A stretch of 64,000 nucleotides of DNA from Paraphysomonas bandaiensis (taxonomy: Eukaryota; Protista; Chrysophyceae): the NCBI GenBank assembly GCA_965644295.1, contig CBFFRP010000239.1:123432-187431 (forward strand), read 5' to 3'. This document shows, in pieces, positions 1 through 14,215 of the stretch; positions within the stretch are counted from its first letter, which is position 1, and every line of letters begins with the position of its first letter. Below the pieces are notes generated by a model. It did not search any database, was not told the DNA's origin, and saw only the letters and a program-made list of their open reading frames with translations. Made by a program: the position numbers and the translations under genes.

Positions 1-3000
1 CTGCCTCCAGGCTCTCATCTGCTGATAGATGGAGCCGGATGGATGTTTTATCTCATTAAATGCATAGGGGATATGGGGCCCTCTCACAGGCTCGCAATAT
101 GTCGAGGCGGCGGCTACAGGCAGCTGGATAACCTCATCCGGTCAGAGTTAAGACGACTATCAGAGTCCATGGGTCTATGTGTTGCTGTGTATATGGATGG
201 AGGTAGCCATCAGATGAAACATATCACACAAGCGAAGAGAGACAGAGATAGAGATGACAAATGGATTTCTCTCATGCAACACTGCACTCAAGGGACCGAT
301 GTATCCCCCCGGGATATCCCCCTGCCATTGATGGTCTCTGATCAATTCGAAGCCACTCTGGTCGATATGGGTGTGGATGTCGTACGGTGCAGCGGTGAGG
401 CGGATCAGTGTATTGCTAGAGATTGTTTGGCCTTGCTGGACGCCGGCTCGACTGCATTCTGTTACTCTGATGATAGGTATGTGTGTTTTACGTGAATGCG
501 TGAATGAAGATGACTTCATAAAACTTATGCAGCGACTTTGCTCTCATGCGAAGTGTACCCTTCATTCGGTTCAGCGAGTTAAGTGTTGTATGCTCTCCTG
601 CCAAAGGCATGTCTAGCCGTGTGCATGTTTTCCGGCGCTCGCACACTGCAAGCCTATTAAACATGACAGAGGCGCAGCTAGTTGAACTTGGTATCCTCTC
701 TGGGAATGACTTTACTGGGCATTTTGACCTCTCAGAGTACGATAACCTTGGCCGACCGCTCTCTAATAAGTACACTATAAACACCCTTCAGGCCATTATA
801 AGAGAACAGGGCGAAAGATTTCAGTTGCATTCCAGCCGAGACACCCTCCAGCAGGCGATAGAGTTTTCACGGGACTTCTATGAACTCCGGGAACTTGCAG
901 GATATCCTTTTGATCCCTACAATAACTCGCAGGAAGTTAAAGCCATGACCTTGAGTCCGGATGAAAAATGCAACCTACAGAAGTGGGTGGAGAAGTTAGG
1001 AGGTGCTAGGGCCGTATTATCCATCGGAATTGGACACGCAGTGGCCCTCTTGATGCGACATGTTCTAGAGAACACAAATTCTGTTGTGGGTGTGTTTTTA
1101 AAGGATTTTGTAGAGGAAAAATTTGTGTGTGCACTTGAAAGCATGCTGGAGAGCGATTATACAACTTGCGTCACACAGCCTGTTGAGTCAAGGCCTATCT
1201 GGCGAGAGGTGTTGTTTACTCATCACTACCAGCTTGTGTGCAAACACATCTTGCGCCTGTGTAAGCCAGTCATATTGCTGCTCGACGCCCCGCACAAGTA
1301 TCGCTTGGAGGTATGTAGTGTTGTCCGTTATGTATTACCTTTATAGTCGCAATAACTGATGGAAATGTGTTCCTGTTCTACACAGCCGAAGGATTTATTC
1401 AATGAGAATTTATTTTACGCCGTTCTTAATGAAATTAAGTCGGAGTCCGCCATTAAAATGGAAAATCCTGGTCATCCTCTACAACAGCGTGTTCTAAATG
1501 AAGTAAGGCCGGAAACCCCTCCAGCTTCTATATTACACAACAAAGAAGACTGTGTAACAACTTCACAACAGCAACAACAGGAAGGAATACGCGTGAAAGA
1601 TGCACTTCCAATAGACTCCCATCGAAATGAAATTCTACAGCGGATAAACCAGAGCCGCGTAACTATCATTCATGGAGAGACTGGATGTGGAAAGTCGAGC
1701 AGGGTTCCGTTAATGCTACTTCAGGATGCGGAACGGAAGGCTGTGCGATGTAAAATGATGGTGTCGCAACCCAGGCGCATAGCTGCGAGCTCTCTCATGA
1801 AGCGTGTTCGAGGTGAAATTGGAGACAAGGTAATAAATATTATCTAGTTACGTATTAATCGCGTTATCTGTGCTCTATTGATACGTAGGTTGGATTGCGC
1901 ATGGGGCATGGTGTCAGGGATGAATCAGGTCAGTCATATACAATCTGCTATCCTGTTTCAGCACTCAGTATATACGTAGATAACACCAAAATATATTTCG
2001 TCACGACGGGCTACCTTGTACGTTTGCTGGCATACAATCCTGGTTTGTTTGATGGACATTCTCACATCATAGTGGACGAGGTCCATGAACGGTCTGTGGA
2101 TGGGGACGTTCTCTGTCTACTTGTGAAGCGCCTTCTTACCACAAACTTGCACATCAGGGTAGTATTGATGTCTGCCACAATTCACACATCCCTCTATCAG
2201 GAGTACTTTGGGGCCGCGGATGCGCAGAATGGAAACCTAGAGTGTCTATCAGTAGGTCACAGACGCTTCCATATTAGTACACACTATGTCGAGGATCTCC
2301 ATAAAATTGTACTGGGCAGACCAGAAATTAAAATTCTTGCTGATCGTGTTTTAAAGACTTGCGACAGAGTAAATGTTGAAGGAGGTATTGGGATTCAGTT
2401 TTTCAAAGACCAGAGTGCTCTAGCGGTGCAAATCGTCCACACCATAATTCAGCCTGGTACTGCAGTGCTAATATTCGTGTCTGGTATGTCGGATATTGTC
2501 GATTTAACAGAAAAGTTTGCGGGAATCGAACGATACAAAGTGTATGGCATTCACTCGGAAATTCCATTTGAGGAGCAAGAGGATGCATTTGAACCCGTGA
2601 AGGAGAACGAGATTAAAGTTGTAATAGCAACTAATGCTGCGGAGTCTTCCATCACTCTCCCTGATGTGGACGTAGTATTATGTCTTGGCACGAACAAGAT
2701 TATTTCGTATAACGTTCGCAGTCATGAATCTGTTCTACGAAATACATTCATATCTAAAGCATCGGCAATCCAACGTGCTGGACGCACGGGTCGAGTTCGT
2801 CCAGGTGCTGTTTATCGGTTGTACAGTCAGAAACTGTTCGAGTCATTCAAAGAGTATGGAGATTCCGAGATATTGCGAACTCCCCTTCAAGAGACTATCC
2901 TTAGCATTCGTGTGATGATGGAAATGAGTATGGATTTTGAGGGGGTTGTTCCTGTTTTGGAAGAGCTAATTGAGCCACCGGATCTATACAACATACAACG

Positions 3001-4969
3001 AAGCTTTGAATATTTGCACGACACTGGTATGATTACATCTGCGGATGACACTGGACAACTGACTCCTAAGGGCCGCCTTGTGGGGATACTACCAGTGGGA
3101 ATCCCGTCCGGACTATTAATTACATATGGAGTCATGCTGGGAGTAAGGGATGAAAGTGTGATTCTTGCTGCTGCCCTTTCACAACCTCATAGCGCGTTTC
3201 GAATAGCTAGTCCTATTGTGCACAAAGACCCAGATGAGTTCAATAGAATTGTGCAGACGACGTTTTTTGCCGCTTGTAAATTTGACGAGGGGACTTACTC
3301 GGAACCGATCATGCTTCTCAATCTGCTGAATTGTTGGCGCGATCTTCCTGCCAGTAAGCGAGATTCTTGGTGTAAGCGCCACGGTGTGGTCAGCGCTAGG
3401 TTGAGGCACTTCCATTTGTATTCTAAGAACCTGGCGGACAAGCTGCAACAGGCTGAAAAGAATCAGATTCCTATACGATTTCAGCAACAGGAGGAAGAAG
3501 TCAAGCGCGAACTCACGCATTCACAAGTGATTAATATGCTGCGACTTATTCTCTTGTGGACAAGTAAAGAAAATATACTTCGCATGAATCCTCAGAGAAA
3601 ACTCACTTCGTTTAGTGCGACTTCTATTGAATTACGAAGTAATTTACTCACTCCGCTACAGTTGTCTTCTTTATTTCCACAGCACCAATGCCCTTGTGCT
3701 CTCAAGTCTTTCAGCAAGATACATTACTCCATTCCTGTAGCGTCTAATGTGATACTCGACGCTGGGTTTTTGGAAGAAAATGTTTATCATTTCGTTGTTA
3801 ATGTCATGCAATATGACACCCCAGTAGTTTGGATCAGATGTAGAAGGAGTGATGGGACAAAGATCCATTTGGTTTGTGTGCAAATCGTAGAGAGGGACAC
3901 TGAACCGAATTCTACAAAATTGTTGGCATCTCTAGAGACTATACACCCGGAAATGGAATGGATTGATACTTCAAGCTCAGGATTCTTGACCGTCCAGCTG
4001 AAGGCCACAAATAAAAAGCAAGAAAAAAAATTTAATGCTATCCGTGAATCGATAGAGCACTCCTTGTTTCTTCAGATGGAGTGTGGGAATAATGTCCACG
4101 TTGCAGCGGTTAATTGCGTAATTCCGGTAGAAATACTAGAGGAATACTTTTTGACCGATGAAGCCATTGAACAGGGATTGACTGTTGCGGTCGAACACAA
4201 AACTCAACCTAGACAGCTAATAGAGTTCGAGGATGCCCAAAGAGATGGGTCCCTTATAAACGATGTTGCACTTGGTATTCGACTATTCAACGCTTATCTA
4301 TCAGGATACAACAAGCGAAAGTACGTTCACTTGAATGCACCGTGATTTTAGTTACAGTTTTTGTGTAGGATAGTGCGAGTTCGGCTGGAGGGAAACAATC
4401 GAAGACCAGATGAAGTTGTCGGTTCGGCGCAGTGGGCAGCTAAGCGCGCGTCATCTCACGATGACCAGCTTCTGAAGCAGGATGATGGATGTATGATATT
4501 AGATGCGAAGTGTGAAAGTGCTACGTGGAAAATATTTCGCTCTGATAATTCATTATGTACAGCTATCATGCCTCGATACTCTGTACCTGGAGCGGCAGTG
4601 TACAGAGATAAAAAAACCTTGTTCGGTGTGGCGTATAAAGTACTAGAGCTGAACAGCTCACTCGTGAAATGTGAAGGAGTTAGTTTTCTACCTCCGGGCT
4701 GTGAATGGATATCACTCGCCCTTATGTGTATAGGAGTTAACCCGATTCCTTTTTTTCATGGCGGCAAGTTTCCTAACGATGAAAGCATTGATTCCTTGAA
4801 ACTGGACCAAGTAGACAGGATCCATGAAATATTGTCCGAGAGAAAAGATGAATGTGTCGCATATGATGCTGTTCTTGCTGATCGGGTAAACAGTCTGTTT
4901 TTTGATTGGACATATTTTCCAGATAAAACAGCAAGCGAGAACAATGATATGTATGACAGTGTGTGTTAG
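1..4969 (+). CDS. Multi-exon XPG/FEN1-like PIN nuclease (Asteroid/FAM120-like) fused to a DEAH-box (RHA-type) RNA helicase; 5' end lies outside the window
   Basis: PIN motifs LLIDG (frame 1 from base 1), VYMDG, GEAD, SDDSDF (across the ~477-531 intron) and GNDF. A phase-0 intron at 1311-1386 joins this to the helicase, which has GETGCGKS, SQPRRIAA, DEVHER, MSAT, TNAAESSIT, QRAGRTGR and an HA2-like region. Further GT-AG introns near 1831-1888, 1929-1979 and 4321-4369. Confidence 0.85.
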
Positions 4970-6269
4970 AAGGCATGCTCCTAATGTTTTGTCGTGTTGG
5001 CAAAATATAGTCTGTGAATTTTACATGTATCACGCGTACTTGTATTTCATGCCAGGACTTTGTCGTTTGTATACATAGCGATACCTGTGATCGATATATA
5101 TATAATATGAAGAACTCAATATTATCCATGCACGTGATTTAATTGTGGTATACGTCAGATATCATTACAGTTTTTAGCTTCTACACTTTCACGTATGAGG
5201 TCTAATCTCCATCGTAAAGATGAATAATATAGGATATCAATACGTTAAACGGAATGACATTGAAGACATAATGCTGATAGATTGCTAACTTTTAAGGATA
5301 AATAGATTTTAGCGAATTCAGCTTCTCTTCAACTGAATTTCTATTTAGCGATGACTAACTTATTGGTGTGACGAAACACTAAACGTTGTTCTTCTCAAAA
5401 ATTGGTGGTTGAAAGCCCCGCCTTGATTTCCATCTATTCAATCCTTTCAGTGTCTCCTAAAAGAAGAAAATATTATAGGGTAATGTAATCTACACACACC
5501 AACACAAATTAAAGTAAATACTCTTCTAAAAAATACTTCAGAGAGAATAGAATAAAAGACATTATACTGATGGGCGAGCTGTTGCGCAGTCAAAGAATGT
5601 AGAACTATATTGAAAGTCTTTTTATTTAGCAACCTGTACCAATATAGTGGCTAGTTGAATGCTAGACATACTAGTTAGCCAGAAACCAGAAGGCGGCAAT
5701 TGTCTAGAATTTAGAACTGCTACTTTAAGATTACTCGCAGTTTTCTTCAGCACAGCCTATGGCATGAGTGCCAGAGTGTCTATAGGTTTGATCTTCTTGT
5801 CATTCAGTTTTCAGTTGGGACTTGTTCCATGCAGACGCCACACTTTGGAAACTCAATGCTACCTTCAATCGACTCTTACACACTATAATGTAAGAGTCAT
5901 AAAAAATAAGACTAACTTGTGTACATATATCAGTGACTATATTGCAATTACCATGCATGTATATGATAGTTTCGGCCAGTATGTCGGTCATATGCAACAT
6001 CTACACGAAGTTGCAAAAGCGTTTGTTCCTGCTTTTCGTAATATCCCTCGGTTAAGCTGTATCTTACCTCCATGATATGCAGCTTCTAAGTTTATTAAAT
6101 ATAATATCATTAACTTTGGTGGGATGTCGTGTGGTTGTGTATACCGTGTAGAAGGTTTATTTTCCTGGTAGTGATATGAGAGTTCGCACACACAGACCGT
6201 AGTTGCCACTGTTATCTACTTCATATGATTAAGATCATCACCTTTCTTCGAAGTACAACGTACACACTC

Positions 6270-7070
6270 GGGAAGAAACGCTACTCTGCTTCCTCGAGGG
6301 GTCCACACAAACTTCTACCCAGAAAACGTAGTACGCGGCGAATCCGGCAAAGAAAACCGTTGATCCTCCGAATCCTAGAGTGACAAGACGGCCTGTGCCC
6401 TAAACCCTACTACCCCGCCCCAGGTCAAGAGCTCCTCCCACAATTGCACTTCCAACTATCACCATACAACCCATAAGTTCCCCCACTTTGGACCCAATGG
6501 TGCCTCAGCAGAGAATCACAGTTGGGTATCAGTCCACTTCCTTTACTTTTCTAACACTTTCACGCTCCCCCCCCCACACAAAACTCTGCCACCAACATTT
6601 ACATTCTACTGATTTACTGCAGTCAGTGGCGCCCTGAGTCTCTACAAATTCTACGTCACTACCTCGCACCATCTCACTTTCCCTCATATAACACTATCCT
6701 CCCATCTACATAACTCTGACCCTCCCTTAAACGTCGTGGACCCTAAAGGGCGTCCCCCTGATCCCCTGATTAACCGCACCTACATTGAAACTGAAGGACT
6801 ACACGTCCGTGGGCAGCTATCACACTTACTTAAAGACTACAATCCTGAAGTCAGCAGATGTCAGATAATATCAACATTCTGCTTGCTCACTGCGTTTGCT
6901 TTGAGCGATAGAGCGAAAGTGGTTGCACCTTGGTGCTTGCGGCGACGCACAAGCAGCGTTCGTAGCGAAAAACAGTAAGATGTCAGAGTTAAGCACTAGT
7001 TAGTTAAATTGTTTTGCTGCCTTACTTCTGACTCTTACACGCCTATCGCTAATAATAAGACGTTCACTAC
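6270..7070 (+). mobile_element. Retroposon family A, copy 1 (decayed ORF segment plus shared structured 3' module)
   Basis: Aligns by eye with the reverse complement of 16691-17380. The 3' ~240 bp (CTGAAGTCAGCAG...GCACCTTGGTGCTTGCGGCGAC...GCTAATAATAAGACGTTCACTAC) is shared with family B. The 5' boundary is approximate. Confidence 0.75.
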
Positions 7071-7210
7071 ATTCCTACTACTTGTCATTTACGGTAAAAC
7101 ATATGCTGTTCTCAAGTATTTCTCTCTTTTATACATTCAAATGCGTATACTTACCAAAATATGAGAGAAAAAATTAGAAAAGATAGTGCAAATATTCTAA
7201 AAATATACGT

Positions 7211-9076
7211 CTAACGACAACATCCCTTCGATTTAACTCTTTCTCTCTCATTGCCATATAGTTCAAACAGTTTCTCGTGCACTTCTTTCATCCGTGGTCT
7301 ATCAGCAAACTCGTGCGACCAACACCGTGCTATCAGAATCGAAAGCTCCTCCGCCGTTGAGGGGGCGCACCTGTTGTCTTCAGCTAGCTGGGTAATCATC
7401 CTAACATCAGGTCGATGTCTGTTCTGAACCACATCCAGCATGAATTTATTCTTTTTGAACTTGTGAAAGGGTACTAAGCCCGTAAGTATCTGCCAAAACA
7501 AAATACCGAAGCTATACACGTCAACAAGCTCATTATAGGGTTCAAAAAGCGCAACCTCCGGTGCCATATAACGAAGGGACCCTGACATTCCTACCAGGGC
7601 AAGCATATAAACACAGGTCGTTGGTCATATCTACAGATAGGTGACCTGTCATTTTGTAAGGACCGCGCTCCAGCACACGTCGGCGAATACAAGTACTGAT
7701 ACCGAAGTCCATCAGTTTCAGAGTCATGTCCTTAGTAAAGCTGTATGTGAAGTGGTGAGTAAACAATTTATGTGCCTACAAAGAGAACATACCATATGTT
7801 ATCAGGCTTTATATCCTACATCGATTGTGTCAAGTTCAACATAAAATAAAAATTAATACAACTTACCCTATGAAGTAAGACAGCATGAGGGTGAAACTCA
7901 TCGTGTAAGTATTTCACAGCGTTCGACAGGTCTCTAGCCATTCCTAGCGCAGTGAGTACAGAGAAGGGGAAGTCCTTCGAGTACGTGTTTCTGGGACGGG
8001 TCAGGTGATACGTAAGCGATCCGCCATCAAGTCGCTCCACCACAAGGAAGGGGTGACAGTCATGCACACCTGAGCCGAGGAGAGATATGATGTTCGGATG
8101 GCTGTTCCATACAGCGTATTAGATACCAAATTTAAGTAATTCCGAGACAATTAAGCCGTGCGCTATAACATGCTACCACATTAACTCCTCTAAGAGGGAG
8201 CACTCACCTAATCGCAGCCAATATGTCTCTTTCAAAATCGAACTCCCTCACCGCTGTTCCGAAGTCTACCGCGTCCGCTTTTACAAGCTTTATTATTATG
8301 TTGGTGGGAGCGGCCCCACCGTCCCTACCGCACAAGATCCCACGGTGACAAGCTTTGTATATCTCACTGTTAGAGCCATCTGTAAGATGCTCCAGATGAT
8401 TAAACCCTGTGAAATCTAGTTTAAACTGTAAACCAGGTGGCACGGGGACTGTAGAGAGAGGGAATATGCTGTCCGTCCCAACGAAGGTCGAGCTTGCTTT
8501 GCGCATCTCACAAACTATCAGGTCGGAAGTGCTCTCCAAAGCGCCTGTCTCCCCACCGCCCCGTATACATTCTGCACCATCTGAAGACTCCTTTCGAATT
8601 ATCTGATGAAAGGAACTTTGATCATATTGAGCGTTTTCCACGCGGTGCACCTCAGCATCGATTTCATCAACTTCAGGCAATACAATATGCCGAGTAGTTA
8701 ATCCGCGTCCCACAACAATCTTTGTAGTTTTGTCGACCGATAGAGCCCCATGTCTCTGAGCGAGAGAGTACTCAGACACACATCGTCGTGTGTTTATATT
8801 CGTATCTCTCTTGCCTAAGAAGCTCATGTTTTTAATCATTCGTATGGTGTTGTTCTCCCTCTTCACAGGCGACTGCTGTCTCTTCATAGAGACTGATGAG
8901 TCCCTTGACGCTGATCGAACCACCGGCTCTCTCTCGCTATCACTCATGCTCAACCCACTGGCACTGTTCGACCTCTCTCTCCCTGAGGAGGGTCCCTGTG
9001 GGGATACATGGGAGGTAGAGGCGGACGCAGAGGGGGCGTCAGGATCAGTCTCTGCTCGTCTGATGGGGATGGACAT
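7211..9076 (-). CDS. TKL-group protein kinase with a disordered Ser-rich N-terminus (multi-exon)
   Basis: GSNSEIYK, IIIK, LLHR|DIKPDN, MDFG, GSLRYMAPE and DVYSFGIL spread over exons separated by GT-AG introns. Confidence 0.9.
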
Positions 9077-9646
9077 GTGGACTATTCGAACAGATGGATC
9101 GGTGAGGAGGACATGTCGATGACAGCCCTGTCAATCTATGATCCGATAGATGAGGTGGACGCTATTGGGAGGATATGTATGTATATGTATGTGTGTGTTA
9201 TGTATGTGTACATCTGTGTGTGTATTTGTATGGAGACATACATACATGTCCACTGTACCATACAGCACTGTATTCTCCTGTATACAGAAGCCCTCCACAT
9301 GACTGTGCATATGTACCAAGAGAACGCCACCATCCACACCATTGAACAATAGCTACCAATAAGATTATAATAATCTCCTCTGATTGGATTATGTATGTGT
9401 CCACAGGAGAGACCATTGGCAGACAGTACACACAGTACTCTACAGTAATACCGTATACTGCTATGTGACTGTATGGTGTAGGTGTATGGCATGGTAGGGT
9501 ATGACTGTGTATAGTGGATGTACTGCTGTATCGTATGAGTGGTGTGTATGTACAGTGTATGTGTGTATATTCTCTGCCCAGTCCCTCATACACACATCCA
9601 TCTATCGAACAATCTCATAACACAACTAACCACTGATAGATCAACT

Positions 9647-12431
9647 ATGGTATTCAAGCGCAAGAAGAGGTCTGCCCCTGTCTCTAAAGTAGACGTTAAA
9701 GTGAGTGAGGAGGAGGAGGTGGAGGCTCTCAGAGCTCAGCTCAATGAGACGGCTCCGGAGTCAGGCTCTCAGCTCTCCTGGTAAAAGAAACACGCTGTTT
9801 TATATCATGAGGAGCGATGATGTGCTTACTTCTGTTACGCAGTGATGGGCTCTCGTTTGATGACTTCCCTCTATCGACGAAGACACGAGAGGGTCTGCGT
9901 AAAGCTAACCTCATATCCCCCACTGACATACAGGCGGCCGCCCTTCCACACGCACTTATCGGCCGGGATATATTGGGTGCAGCTAAGACGGGGTCTGGAA
10001 AGACTTTAGCTTTTGTTATTCCTATCCTAGAGAGGCTGTATATGGAGCGCTGGGGTCTGCAAGACGGTCTCGCAGCCATCATCATCACCCCAACACGTGA
10101 GCTTGCGCTTCAAATATTCGAGGTTCTGCGTGTTGTCGGAAAGAAACATCAGCTTTCAGCAGGTTTAGTGACAGGTGGCAAGAAAGAGTTCGAAGAGGAG
10201 CAAGGCCGCATTGTCTCGATGAATATTCTTGTTGCAACACCTGGGAGACTCTTACAGCACTTCGAGCAGACCCCCGGGTTCGACGCCTCACAACTGCTGG
10301 TACTAGTACTAGATGAGGCAGACCGAATCTTAGACATGGGCTTCAAGCAGCAGTTGGACGATATTCTCGAATACCTGCCTACTCATAGACAGACCCTTTT
10401 GTTTTCCGCAACCCAGACCAAATCCGTGAAGGTAGCATTTATGCCTCTTCAATGTTGTTGTGACTTTTTGCTAGGATTTGGCGAGGTTGAGCCTGCAGGA
10501 TGCTGAATACCTCGCTGTACATGCCTCCCATTCAGAGGCAACTCCATCTCGACTTAAGCAGAACTACATCATATGTCCTCTGCACAAGAAGCTGGATGCG
10601 TTATTCGGATTTATCAAGACACATCTGAAGAGCAAAATGATTGTGTTCCTGTCAAGTTGTGCGCAGGTACCTATGAAGTACTGTTACCTTTTTGCATAAA
10701 AAATAGTTTATGGTAAAGCTATTTTTTTACGTTTTGACAACCTCAGGTGCGGTTCGTGTACGAGTGTTTCAGAGGTATGCAGCCTGGGATTCCTCTCACA
10801 GCTCTTCATGGGAAGGTATTGAGGTCTAGTCCTACCATCACACTCTCAATTTGCCTTTTAGATCAAGCAGGACCGACGTACCCTTATATATATGGATTTT
10901 CTAAGAAGAAAGAGTGCATGTCTCTTCGCCACTGACATCGCAGCCAGGTTACTATAACATAGTGTGCCATTGCGAAGTTGACTCTTTGTGCAGAGGTCTC
11001 GACTTTCCTGATGTGGATTGGGTTATTCAAGTAGACGCCCCAGAGGACGCTGCAATGTACATTCATAGAGTGGGTCGAACTGCACGGTATACTTCAGGGG
11101 GTCGTGCTCTCCTGATGCTAATGCCGGGCGAGGAGAAGTCCGTATGCTCCGAGCTTGAAGAGGTATGTTTCCGATTGCCTTCGTTTCTGTACCTCTTGAC
11201 TGTACAGTTACAGGCTGGAATCCCGTTAAAGCGACTTTCTATGAACCCGAACAAGGCAGTGGCCGTTGCGAACAGAGCAGCAGCAATGCTCGTTTCCCAG
11301 CCGGAGTGTAGACATCTGGCGAAGAAGGCATTCACAAGCTATCTCAAGTCACTTTACCTGTTACCACGGAACAAGGTGTGTGTAGTATTTTGTGGCAATA
11401 TCAGAAAGTGTATATATAACTTCGGTGGGGCTTTCACAGGGCGGAGCACTGGGTGAACTTGATGTGAATGCATTTTCTGCCTCCCTTGGTCTTGCTATTC
11501 CACCTCCGCTACCTGCGGTCATGACGGATCCATCAACATCGTCAGATGTTACTGACCCGACGAAAAAGGCCAAGAACGTCAACAGGTGTGTCCCTAGTTG
11601 TTAGCTTAACTTTATGTGAACGTTTTGTGTGTGAAACATATCAGAGCCTTGGATAAGCTAAAGAAACAATTGAAAGCAGCAAAGGAAGAAAAACGTATGA
11701 AAAGGGAAATGCTCGCTCGTAAGAGAGCGGGTGATGATGATGGGTCAGACTCTGAATCAGGTAGTGAGGATGACCTTCTGGTTGTCAAGAAGGGAGGTGA
11801 AAGTACTGGGGAATCTACCAGAGAAACAATTGAAGGGGGTGTAGAACTGCCCGCTGCACCTGCTAAGATTAAAAAAAAGGAGAAACCTTTGAAGATAGGG
11901 ACTGATGGGGAAAGCACTGCCGCACGTCGAGCAGGGGCTAAACGCGTAGTGTTTGACGATGAGGGCCGGTCCATGGATCCTTTCGAGAAGATTGCAGCAA
12001 TGGGAACATCAGAGGGAAAATTGGATGGACTCGACGAAGAAGTGTCTGCTCGTGTTAGAAAGGCGAAGGAAGCCATTGACTCCGTGCGAAAGGAGGACGA
12101 TAGGCGCGAGAGAGAAAGAGTCCGGGAGAAGCGGCTCAAGCTCAAGCAGAGATTAAGAGAGGAAAAGAACGGTGAGGGCAACGGAGTAGGAGCAGTACTG
12201 GCTAGTTATTCAGAAGAGGAGGACCATAGCGGTAGTGAGGAAATATCTGATGAGTCAGGAGTTAGTAGCAATGACGAGAGTGCCGATTCTGGATCTGATG
12301 ATGGATCGGAATCTGATGAAGACAGTGACTCTGATGATGATAGGAAACCTATGGCTAAGAAACGTAAAGTTTCCAGTGATGAGTTGAAGCACCAAGAGCA
12401 ACTTGCGCTAAAATTGTTAATGGCAAAATAA
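9647..12431 (+). CDS. DDX10: DEAD-box RNA helicase DBP4/DDX10 (multi-exon)
   Basis: [51 protein letters not shown]. The C-terminal D-x-EDDRRER...REKR acidic/basic tail is typical of DBP4. Confidence 0.93.
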
Positions 12432-13973
12432 ATGGAATTATAATAATTTAATTATTTGAAATAATGTGATGGGTTAGTAAACAGTATGTGTGTTGTTAAC
12501 GTAGTAATGACCAAAGTCGAATGACTGAGTACAGCAACATTATATAGTATTTGAAGTACACCCTACGGGAAGATGTGAGAATGTACGAACATAATTGGGG
12601 AAACTAGAATGTGATGAATATATCATATATGATATTCATTCATTTCCACTTCAAGCAGAATCGCCGATGCATCGATAAATTATCCAAGCTAGTAGTGTAT
12701 ATTGTATATCAGGAAAAAAGTGTGAACTCGAGGAACAGTCAGAAAATATACAAAATTTCTGATTGACACTCTTCAGAGAATGGAAAAAATAAAACTGTTC
12801 TTATGCCGTGTGTGCTTTACAGTAGCAATTAATAGACTCTATGAAAGATGTTAATACTTAGTAGACACGTAGACACCAGGGATCAGGGGTAGGGAACAAT
12901 AGTATTGTGAGGATATGAATACAAAAACATGTTACATCATATAAGCAAAACCACCTTAGGATTGCTATTAATGAGTACAACTATTCGAAAAACATAAATA
13001 TGTATTTTATAAGCAACACAGCACGTCATGCTTCAGAGTGATGGCAGTTGATTTTAACAACGATTAGTATCGCCGAAAGCCTATTATGTCACCTGGCATA
13101 TAATACGCAAAATGAGTCGTCATTTTCAAGTAACCGTTTCCAGATCAATTTCCCCGGGATAATGTAATGATGTCGCCAAAAATATAGTTAGAGTTAAAGT
13201 GCTCTTCAAGCTTATAGTGGTCTCCCCTCCTCCAGTGACTGTTTCACTGCATCAAGGAATTATTCCCACCACTGTAATAGTTGCAGACGCCGACATTTAT
13301 AAGCCAGGGTTAAAACCTGCCAGGATCCGAAGTATTCACATGAAGATACAATATTCTTTTTGCCTGAATTTCCCCCCTGCGCCTACCACGCCTCTACTTC
13401 CATGTATGAAATACCACTCGGACGTTGAATCGCACTCCTTCACCCGTGTAAGTATAGTTGACTTCGTAGTGGCTGCATAATTCAGAACTACAGTTGGGTA
13501 GCTATTCCAAAATTAAAGCGTCGTCAAAGCCATAAGCTGCGTAGGACGACCCTCCTACTCCATCACCCTGTCCATCCCCCCCATTGTATGTCCCCTCCTC
13601 CATTGTACGTCCCTTTATTATAATTCTTACAAGACGAGTCTGCATCTCCCCTCATACATAAGTATGTATGTATAGCATCTCCTGCAGCAGCAGGCAGAGT
13701 GGACTGCAAGCAGAGGCGACCCGCTTCTACGACTCTCCGCCACAGAGCTCTAGAGCTATAGAAAACAGACCTTCCTGTTAGCATTGGTATGATCTATGAG
13801 CATGCTGTGGGTGACTGAGATGAAGAATATGCGACAACACTCAGAGCATCTCAGACGTCCAGTTCCGGTCCATATACTGTACCCATACAAACCATACCAT
13901 ACCATACCATACCAAGAATACACTGCTGTATACCAATAGGAATACGGCGGGCTCTATGTGCGTCATGCCAACA

Positions 13974-14124
13974 CATACCAGCATCATTGTTGTATTTTTG
14001 TTCAAAGATGCCTCTAATATTGAGACAACAATTATCTGTATTCCAGCTGTAGTTATATGTAGGTACTATAGAAGATTTTTGCTTCAATTTATTTCCGAAT
14101 AATAAGATGCTGACTGCCGATACG
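13974..14124 (+). mobile_element. MITE-like element, degenerate copy
   Basis: About 115 bp is nearly identical to 63362-63480. Right TIR TGACTGCCGATACG; left TIR decayed by transitions (CATACCAGCATCA). Flanked by CA...CA. Confidence 0.65.
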
Positions 14125-14215
14125 CACACAGTGCGTCCAGTGCTGTACATAACACTCTACGTCTCGGATACATACATACATATATATATACTCATACTCA
14201 TATACTGACATAGCG

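Noticed and set aside
9131-9593. Several His/Tyr/Thr-rich ORFs (also at 20367-20850)
   Set aside because: Artefacts of TATG/TGTA low-complexity promoter DNA.
11612-12181. Long antisense ORF
   Set aside because: Shadow of the purine-rich DBP4 C-terminal exon.
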